From Eledone cirrhosa (taxonomy: Eukaryota), in the NCBI GenBank assembly GCA_964016885.1, contig OZ024745.1:127348001-127412000 (forward strand): DNA of 64,000 bases, in the 5' to 3' direction. Shown one piece after another: positions 54,561 to 64,000 of the stretch. The position numbers were made by a program, and so were the translations under genes. The notes below the pieces were generated by a model, which worked only from the letters and a program-made list of their open reading frames with translations, ran no database searches and was not told the DNA's origin. Within the stretch, counting starts at the first letter, position 1. Each line of letters opens with the position of its first letter.

Positions 54561-55013
54561 TGTAAATTTCTTTCCTTGGACATCAAATGGACGGTTTTGT
54601 TGTCTTTTGTTTAATGGAATCTGCTAGTTTGAAAAATAATTTCCTTTTCAGAGTAAAATGTCACCTGAACTATTTTTAGTTGATTGTTCAGAATTATTTC
54701 ATATTTATTAACAAAGAATCTATTGTAATATTTGGTTTTAGTTGGTTAATTCAATGTACTTAATAGATCGTACTAGATAACTTAAAGTACTAACGTGTAA
54801 TACATATTCGCATACACGCACACATACACATACATAACAGATATATACACACAAACATGTATATATATATATATGTGAGTGTGCATGTATGTATGTATGT
54901 ATTTGTGTGTGTGTGTTGGGGGTGGGGGTGGGGGCGGTGTAAATACAGTAGGGTCTCATATATGTAATATATAGAGTGAATTTATATATATATGTATGCG
55001 TGTGTGTATGGTT

Positions 55014-55060
<47 letters not shown>

Positions 55061-55118
55061 AATATATATATATGTATGTATGTATATATATATAATTATA
55101 TATATATCCATATACACA

Positions 55119-55156
<38 letters not shown>

Positions 55157-55837
55157 TTTGTATGGATGGATTAATCGATGTGTTTATATATATGGATACA
55201 AGAGTTTGGGTGCATAATCATACATGTTTATGTATGAATGATCGAATTTATATGCATGAAGGTATATAAGGACAAATGAATATATTAATGGGTGCATTTG
55301 TGAGGCATTGCTGCTGGAAATATAAGCCTTTACAGATGGTTTGTCTTTTATCTCTAGACAAAGGAGAAAATGAAAATATTTTACGTAGAATTTCGGATGA
55401 GACTTTCTCTGAAAACAATTATATCTGTTTCTATTGTTATGTTAATCGGTGTCAGTGGGTGATGAGAAATGGAAAGATACAAAGGAATAAAATGACACGT
55501 ACACACACACACGTATAAACGCAGACATACCCACGCATACAAACACATATATACATACACACGTACACACACAGAAATACACACGCAGACAAACACACAC
55601 ACACACACATATATACACACACACAAACAAACTAACACACGTACACACGCAGGCATACACACGCAGACATACACACGCATACATACACATATATACATAC
55701 ACACGTACACACAGAGACATACACACGCAGACAAACACACACACACACATATATACACACACACAAACAAACTAACACACGTACACATGCAGGCATACAC
55801 ACGTAGACATACACACATATACATACACACAGGCACA

Positions 55838-55876
<39 letters not shown>

Positions 55877-56001
55877 CCATGCATACAAACACACAGGCAC
55901 ACTCACATGCACACACATATATATATATATACACACACAAACAAACAAACTAACATACGGACACACACAGACATACACACGCATACAAACACACAGGCAC
56001 T

Positions 56002-56032
<31 letters not shown>

Positions 56033-56247
56033 TTATATACACACGTACACACACATACATACACACGCAGACAAACAAACACACACACACACACACAGAC
56101 ACACGAACACGAACACACATGTACGCGTGTACACATACGTCTCACACGAACACACGTACGCACAAACAAACAAACCAAACTTATGATACAAATACAAACA
56201 CACATGCAAACACTACTCTGATAACACACGTACACACACGCACACGC

Positions 56248-56300
<53 letters not shown>

Positions 56301-56509
56301 CACACACATAGAAATATATAGATCAGATGAGAATGAAATGTTGATGAAAGACCTAAAACTTAAGTTATTCCAATCCTTCTATATAAGCAGATATGTACGA
56401 CATTTTAAATTTGAAAGAGGGGAAGAGAGAGAGGCAGAGATCGATAGATAGATAGAGAGAGAGAGATCGATAGATAGATAGGGATAGAGACGCTGAGATA
56501 GAGAGATAT

Positions 56510-56866
56510 GTTTCTTTATTAGCCAGAGGGGCACAAAAGAAGGGGACAAATACAAAGGGGAAAGTTTACATACAATAAAAACGTGTAAAATATCACAAAT
56601 GCAATTTAAAAATTAGTCGATTTTCCCCAATAGGGGGAGACATACATATGGGTAACACATATCCCCGAAAAAATGTGCAACCCTCATCTCCAGGAGTACG
56701 AAGAGTTTGTACCCCTTTCCCCTCGTAGGGAAATACGTAGAGATGCCGCAGCCTGAGCGCGTGTTTGCGCATCGTCAGCCACGGCAACCCCAGCCCTCCG
56801 TTGGAGGGTGTTGGCAGCAGATGGATCTTCTCACCAAAGGAGCCCGCCTCTTCCAAAGGAATTGGA
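56510..56866 (-). mobile_element. Tx1/L1-like LINE fragment (internally deleted) within (GA)n/(GATA)n
   Basis: KIHLLPTPSNGGLGLPWLTMRKHALRLRHL (post-RT GGLGLP motif) and a 3' end ttgtccccttcttttgtgcccctctggctaataaagaaa. Confidence 0.65.
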
Positions 56867-57341
56867 AGATAGATAGAGACGCTGAGATCGATAGATAGAT
56901 AGAGAGAGAGGCAGAGATCGATAGATAGATAGATAGAGAGAGAGAGGCAGAGATCGATAGATAGATAGGGATAGAGACGCTGAGATAGAGAGAGAAGCAG
57001 AGTGTTATAGAGATAGAGAGATAGATAGATAGAGAGAGAGAGGCAGAGATAGAGGGAGAAGAAGAGAGATAGAGATAGTGAGATAAATACATATATATAT
57101 ATATATATATATAGGGAGATATATATAGAGAGAGTGCGAAAGAGAGAAGAGATATATAGAGAGAGATAGAGAGGTTAAAAGAGAGAGAGGGAGAGGGAGA
57201 GAGATAGAGATAGAGAGGTTGAAAGAGAGAGAGGGAGAGAGAGAGGGAGAGAGAGAGGGAGAGAGAGAGTGAGAGAGGTTGAAAGAGCGAGAGAGCGAGA
57301 GGGAGAGAGAGAGTGTGTGTGTGAGAGAGATATAGAGATAG

Positions 57342-57450
57342 ATTTCTTTATTTGCCACAAGGGCGCACAAGAAAAGGGGACAATACAAGGACTCATGCCG
57401 GGGATTTTACATACAAATCGTGTAAAAAAATATTTTCAACAAACAAATTT
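57342..57450 (-). mobile_element. 3' end of the same Tx1/L1-like family within (GA)n
   Basis: Reverse complement of ttgtccccttttcttgtgcgcccttgtggcaaataaagaaa. Confidence 0.6.
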
Positions 57451-57614
57451 ATAGTTACATATACAGAGTGAGAGAAATATAGGGAGAGAGGAAGAGAGAG
57501 GAAGAGAGAGGAAGAGAGAGGAAGAGAGAGGAAGAGAGAGGAAGAGAGAGGAAGAGAGAGGAAGAGAGAGGAAGAGAGAGATATAGAGATAGGGTGTCTG
57601 AGATAGTGATAGTA

Positions 57615-57653
<39 letters not shown>

Positions 57654-57672
57654 GAGAGATAGTGAGATAGTG

Positions 57673-57707
<35 letters not shown>

Positions 57708-57839
57708 TAGATAGAGAGAGAAAGAGTGTGAGAGAGATAGTGAGATAGTAATAGCGAGATAGAGAGAGAAAGAGAGAGAGAGATAGAGAGTGTGAGAGAG
57801 ATAGTGAGATAGTGATAGCGTGAGAGAGAGAGAGAGAAA

Positions 57840-57870
<31 letters not shown>

Positions 57871-58032
57871 GTGAGAGAGATAGTGAGATAGTGATAGCGC
57901 GCGAGAGAGAAAGAGAGAGATAGATAGATAGAGAGAGAGAGTGTGAGAGAGATAGTGAGATAGATAGATAGAGAGAGAGAGGCTGAGAGAGAGAGAGAGG
58001 AGCGAGAGAGAGCGAGATAGTGATATATATAT

Positions 58033-59203
58033 ATTAAATTCAAATATTAACAAAATAGATGTTCTTGTGATCAATTAAATGTTATTATACATATTTCAGA
58101 GGTACTTGAATCAAGTTCAACAGTACGTCCTCATCAGATAAAATAAAATGATACATGACATACCCTGACATGTGAGATGGTTAAGATTTAATCAAGGTAG
58201 TGATTAACTTATGAGAAAACTCAACTTATGAGAAAACCCTACTAATGAGAACATGCGAAAACGTAATAGAATCAATAGAGAGGGTGTGAGTAAGAAAAAC
58301 ATTGCTTTAATGTAACAGTTATAGAGTTTTTAAAGTTTGAAATACTACTGTAGGACTATAGAGGAAGACTATAGATATCTGGAGTTATAATTTTTTTTAG
58401 TTTTAAGTTTAGAATGCAACTGATAGATAATTAAAGAGAGGGAGAGATAAAGGGGAGTAATTTATGCACAAATTTTTTTCAGACATATAAACTGCCTTGG
58501 CAGTTAAATTTCAAAATATTTAATTTATGTTATTTTAGGGTAACGAATCAAAATTTTAGGTTTTAAAAGTTGATGGTTATTTGTATTGTAAATTTTATAA
58601 ATGTGTTAAATTTCTAAAATTCAAAGTTTTATGAAAACAAATTTAAAGGATTTACTAGGCTCGCGAAAGAAAAATATATACTGTTCAATATTCACGCAAA
58701 GGTAATCTTTAACAATATTACTTGTAACAGTGTCAACATTTTCCATATGTATAGTTTATGAAGTATTTACAGTTATAATTATCAAGGAATTTATTGTTAA
58801 ATAGTTATAGTGTCTAACAATTAAACCAGAGTTTTCAGCTGTAAATATATATGTGTGCATTGATCGTAATAAGAGGACTATAAATTATTATTTTTTATTA
58901 TTTGTTCATATATTATATTATATCACTACATTAGTTCAGCCTTCTAGGGAAGAACCGAACTCTAATTATGATTATGTTAATATACAATATAAATATATTT
59001 GCACAAGCTATATATATAGTTATACCGAACTAAAATTATGATTATGTTATTATACATTATAAACATATTTGCACCAACTACATATAGAGAGATATACTAA
59101 GTATTAATGAGACGGTATACATTTAGTAAAGGATAACGATTATAATCTTAGATAATAGATTCATACATTCCTTAGTCAAAATACAGCGATAGCTTACATT
59201 TCT

Positions 59204-59208
<5 letters not shown>
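58033..59208 (-). mobile_element. AT-rich non-coding Penelope-like insert with a hammerhead
   Basis: Flanked by (TA)n, with a hammerhead at 58082-58142 and an end shared with the 30669-30868 arm. Confidence 0.5.
58082..58142 (-). ncRNA. type-I hammerhead ribozyme
   Basis: TTAT CTGATGA GGA c GTAC tg TTGAA cttga TTCAA GTAC c TCT GAAA T ATGT ATA^ ATAA. Confidence 0.72.
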
Positions 59209-59245
<37 letters not shown>

Positions 59246-59315
59246 GATGCGTTAACAGTGGGTTATTATGGTGCAGTAGAGTACAACTTAATATATCTAT
59301 ATATCAAAATATATA

Positions 59316-59400
59316 TACAGTTGTCCCCCTGTATTAGCGGGGGTCACGTTCCTAGAGCACACACGAAGAGTGAAAAACTGCGAATATTGGACGTTTTCCG
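59316..59400 (+). mobile_element. Tigger/pogo-like terminal inverted repeat, one end only
   Basis: TA-CAGTTGTCCCCCTGTATTAGCGGGGGTCACGTTCC resembles Tigger/MER2-type termini. The partner end was not found. Confidence 0.5.
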
Positions 59401-60336
59401 TAAAAATGCCTACAAACGTCAAAATATAACGTAAAACATAATAAAAAAAGAGGTAACATCTTATACGAAGGGGCGTCCAATAGACCGGTAAATATGGTAT
59501 ATCTAAACTATAATAAAGGAAGTTCTGCGGGATTGCGTACGGTTTATTTTTTTTTATCCCGTTTGTAAAATAAGTTGGATTACTTTGAATAAATAATTTC
59601 GTAAACAAAAATAATTTCGTAAAAATAAATAATTTCAAATTGACTTCTTTTCAAAGTTGCACTTCCGGTATATCGTCGCCACCACCACCATTTCAACTAC
59701 CATATATATAGAAAGAGAGAGTTTGTGATGAGAGAGTTTGTGATGAGAGAGTTAGAGAGATTATGATTTTCTACACCTGGCGCGTATGATTGTGCACATA
59801 CATGCATCTATATGTATGACTATATAACTATTATGAGTATATAACTATAATCGCGCAGACACAAACTTATAAAAATACACTCTCACGGACATAATTCACA
59901 CAAATACACACACTTGCACACAAACATACATACATTCACACATACTTTCACACAAATATATATACATACAAACATACGTACATTCACACATATACATTTA
60001 CACAAACACACACATACAGTCATAATAGCGTTCGGTTTAACTGGAAATGGGAGGGTAAAACAAGTATAACGTTTTATTTATTTATTAACTCTTTATTTAT
60101 CTATTAACCTCTTTTTTTTTTAACTCTTGGAATATAATGGTTACAGAACGAAAACACTAACAAATATAATGTATACAAAGGAAAGGGAAAGGAAAAAAAG
60201 AAAGAGAAAAAATACACAAGCACGTAATATCCACAGCTTCGACCCCATAGAACAAAATGCAGACTAAAGGGGTGGAAAAACGAGCCGCTACCAGAGCAAA
60301 AGATAGCAATATAGCGAGGAGCACTGGGAAACCTCT

Positions 60337-60785
60337 CTAATCATTTTTCAGGCAGGCCAACACGCTCGCAGCGTTACCTGGGGTGATGGCGAAGCTGAGG
60401 TGCTGGAACAACCAAGTGCCCTCACGAGCAGCACCAGTTACCTCTGTTTGGCGAGCCACCAGTGAAGATAAGAACCTCGCTGTCAGTAGCCCGACTCCAC
60501 CAAACGTCTCGCACGCCACAGGCTGGATAATGTATTTAGCTGACAGAACACGGTATTTTAGGATTTTGTTCCGTTCAGCTGCGGATGCTGTAGTTATCGC
60601 TCTTATCTCTGCACCCAGAATGTGGGAAGAAGCAAAAGAGTCATTAACTGTGACATCCCAGGTGAGGCACCTGCCTCTTGACCAGGAACACAGAGTAAGA
60701 CCGTCAAGTTTCTCATCAATTCAGGACAACCCAGACGGTTTCAAAATTGAGGGGATGTTTGCCCGGGCCAAAGCTCTTGAATGGT
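60337..60785 (-). pseudogene. CRE-clade non-LTR retrotransposon RLE nuclease C-terminus, 5'-truncated
   Basis: The - strand reads KLDGLTLCSWSRGRCLTWDVTVNDSFASSH..AAERNKILKY..QPVACETFGGVG..LFQHLSFAITPGNAASVL, the CRE-type PDG..WD..AE.K..KY..ETxG..GNAA signature. Confidence 0.8.
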
Positions 60786-60929
60786 AATAGGACAGAGTGT
60801 GTATGTGCGCGCGCGTGAGTTTGTCGGCGTGTGTGTGTGTGTCGCTGGTTTTAAATTAGACATATATATGTGTGTATCCCTTTCCTTCCTTTTACACACA
60901 CATACCTTCACACAAACACACATACACAT

Positions 60930-61435
60930 TGCGTGATGGACGGGTGGACAGAAGTCCCTCAAATTTATAGACATGTGAATGGAGTTCTACTGAAGCAGTT
61001 AGAGAAGTTCAAGTATCTTGGAGCCGTGTTCACGAGTGATGTAATGCAGGAGACTGAATTAAGTGCAAGAATTGCAAAAGCTGATGCAGTAAAGCGCCAG
61101 CCTCAGCATTCAGCAATCAGAAGAAGGAGAGTAGGTGTAAAAGCCAAACTCGCTGTCTTCCTGGTATTCGTGCCAACTCTTACCGAAGATCATGAATCTT
61201 GAGTAATGACCAAAAAAATACAATTGCAAATAAAAGTGGCAGAAATGGGATTCCTCCGAAGGGTCTTTGGAGTAACGTTACTCGATAAAGTGCATAGCTC
61301 AGAGACCAGAGAGTCACTCCTGGTAGAGCCGCTACTTCTCCAAATTGAGAGATCACAACTCCGATATTATGAGCATGTGGTTAGAATGTCTCAGTAAAGT
61401 ATCGCTGGACACATTTTACAGGCAAAACTAACCGC
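60930..61435 (+). pseudogene. RTE (Expander/Rex3-like) RT C-terminal fragment
   Basis: LKQLEKFKYLGAVFTSD, ARIAKA, AEMGFLRRVFGVTLLDKV and IERSQLRYYEHVVRM. Confidence 0.88.
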
Positions 61436-62117
61436 CAAGATACTTGTGCCTAAAGTAGAAACAATTATTATTTTCAAAAATAAATCGAACTACCTCCCAC
61501 TACATGTCTCAAGTTCCTCTTTGAGGTCATCTTCCCTACGCACTCCTCTTGATAATGGATGGAAAATTCCAAAATATTTGGGATCATTAGAAATTGCTAA
61601 GGTAACTTTCTATCGTCCTCATTATTTTACTTTACTTCACTGCGTTCTTTTTTCTTCTACTTTCTTATTACCTTGGCATTTTTACCAAACACGCATTGTC
61701 GGGCTTCCAAATAACCACACTTATTTCTGATTTGTATTTGTATCTTGATTTCATAGATTCCAGTTCTTTACTAGTGCTATATTATATCGATCCCATAAAT
61801 ATGAAACGTAAAAGTTCACCCCCAGCTCGATCTAAACTCAGAACATAAAAGATACATAACTACTATACATAACGCCATTTTGGATGGCGTTTTAAGTTTC
61901 TCTTACTGACTCGCTTTTGTAATATGAATAACGATATGTATCGTTGCCACACATAAAGATTATAAGTAATTAAATCGATTTCTATACAATAGCAGTATAT
62001 GTTTTATCCTGCATCGGAAGTATGTCGAAAAACAAAAGTAAAAGAACCCCCCCCCCCCTCCCCCACCAACAAACAACAAAAACAACAAAACGGACAATAA
62101 AAAATACCACCAACAAT

Positions 62118-62335
62118 GATAATGGTTTCTTATTAAGGCACAAGGCCAACAATTTTAGGGGAGGAGAAAGTTGAATTAGATCGGCCCCAGTGCGTTATTG
62201 GTTCTTTGTTTTATCGATCTCATAAAGATGAAAGGCAAATATTACCCCCGTGGGATTTGAAATCAGAACGTAAAACGCCGTAACTGTACGCTGTGATGCA
62301 GGGTGTCTGATGTTTTACTGATGTCATTCACCACC

Positions 62336-62392
<57 letters not shown>

Positions 62393-62705
62393 ATAATAAT
62401 AATTGTTTCTACTTTTGGCACAAGGCCACCAATTACCCCAGTGCATTACTGGTACTTTATTTTATCGACCCCCGTAAAGATGAAAGGCAAAGTTAACCTC
62501 GGCGGGATTTGAACTCAGACCGTAAAGGGCCGTAACTCTATGCTACAAAGCATGGTCTTCGACTCTCTACCGATACTGCTAATCCCAAAACAATAATTGT
62601 TTCTACTTTTGGCACAAAGCCAGCAATTACCCAGTACATTACTGGTACTTTATTTTATCGACCCCGTAAGGATGAAAGGCAAAGTAAACCTCGGCGCCAA
62701 TCCCA
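62118..62705 (-). mobile_element. three SINE family A copies, separated by (CTA)n
   Basis: Cores near 62230, 62480 and 62670. Confidence 0.85.
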
Positions 62706-62982
62706 AAACATTAATGACAACAAAAGTGTAAGAAGGATTCTGCCCCTGGAGAATTACCAAATGGGAGATAATATGCAATCCAACCGATGGAAAATTCTAT
62801 GTAAATAGCCATTCCAGATAGGAGTACTCGCTGAACCAAACAGTGAAGTAAAACCTAGCATCTGTTAATATTTACAAGGTGTGTATGTGTGGTGTATGTG
62901 TATAAGTATATGTGTGTGTGTATGTGTGTGTATGTGTGTATGCATGTATGTATGTGTGTGTGTGAATGAGTATATATGTATG

Positions 62983-63235
62983 TTCTGGTTTTATAATTTC
63001 ACAAAGTTTTACCAATAGAGAGAGAGTCGGTTTCTAACATAGACACAAGACTCTCTCATTGGAATTTACACAACATCAACTAAGTAGATATGTATGTATG
63101 CATGCATGTGTAGATATAGATGTTATTGTATGTGTGGATGTGTATGTTTTGAGTTGTATGTGTGTGTACATGTGTATATGCTTTGTATCTGTACATGTGT
63201 ATATGCAGTTATTAGATGCAACATTTTTGGAATGT
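62983..63235 (-). mobile_element. 5'-truncated copy (3' about 250 bp) of the R4/Dong-like element
   Basis: Near-identical to 25294-25537 and flanked by tatg-type repeats. Confidence 0.9.
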
Positions 63236-63739
63236 ATGTATGTATGTATGTATGTATGTATGTATGTGTGTGTGTGTGTGTGTATGCATGTATGTATGTA
63301 TGTGTGTGTGTGCGTGTATGAGTATGTATGTGTGTGTGTGTATGAGTATGTATGTATATATGTATGTATGTGTGTATACATACAAGCACACGTATGTATA
63401 TATGTATGTATGTGTGTGTGTGTTTGTATACAAACACACACATGTATGTTCGTTTGTATGTATGCATATGTGTGTGTATATACATACACGCATACGTGTG
63501 TTCGTATGTATGTATGTATGTATGTATGTATGTATGTATGTATGTATGTATATGTGTATACATACACGCACACGTATGTTCATATATATATATACGTGTG
63601 TGTATACATTCACACGCATATATATATATACCTAAACACAACTATACACACATACACACATATATACAAAAACAAAAATACCCTCAAATAAAACGCACAT
63701 ACACACATATACGAAAGTGTTTGCGTATGTTTGTGTGTA

Positions 63740-64000
63740 TCATCATCATCATCATCATCATCACCGTTTTACGTCCGTTCTTCCACGCTAGCATGGGTTA
63801 GACGGGTTGTCCTGTTGTGGGCAGTGTCTGGTCGGCTGACCATGCCTTGCTCATACAGGAACTGATCTGGCTTGATTTCTACAGCTGGATGCCCTTCCTA
63901 ACACCAACCTCATTTACAGTGAGTGCTGGGTGCTTTTTCGTGGCGCCTACACGTCCACTTTACAGTGTGGGCTGGGTGCTTTTTTGCCGTGGCACCTCCA
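63740..64000 (-). mobile_element. RTE-related short retroelement 3' end with (GAT)n tail
   Basis: (cat)n followed by cgttttacgtccgttcttccacgctagcatgggtt and agctggatgcccttcctaacaccaacc. Confidence 0.55.

Overview
This is AT-rich, microsatellite-saturated animal DNA with no supportable host exon. The SINE families resemble octopus-type SINEs, so a cephalopod origin is likely (inference). Nearly all long ORFs in the track are translated (TA)n, (CA)n, (GA)n or (TATG)n repeats. Real coding remnants are all transposon-derived: a Helitron Pif1 helicase, a DD41D Tc1/mariner transposase, a mariner C-terminus, a near full-length R4/Dong-like RT plus RLE retrotransposon, and RTE, CRE, Tx1/L1 and CR1/L2-like fragments. 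There are also many SINEs and MITEs. The most notable signal is non-coding. A near-identical 310-bp tandem array (35311-36936, ending in an inverted copy) carries one minimal type-I hammerhead ribozyme per unit, the architecture of a Penelope-related retrozyme. At least four further sequence-divergent hammerhead families sit in (TA)n-flanked, often palindromic inserts and share a C.C/C.U mismatch at pair 4 of stem II. All RNA structures were paired by eye; no folding or database search was run.
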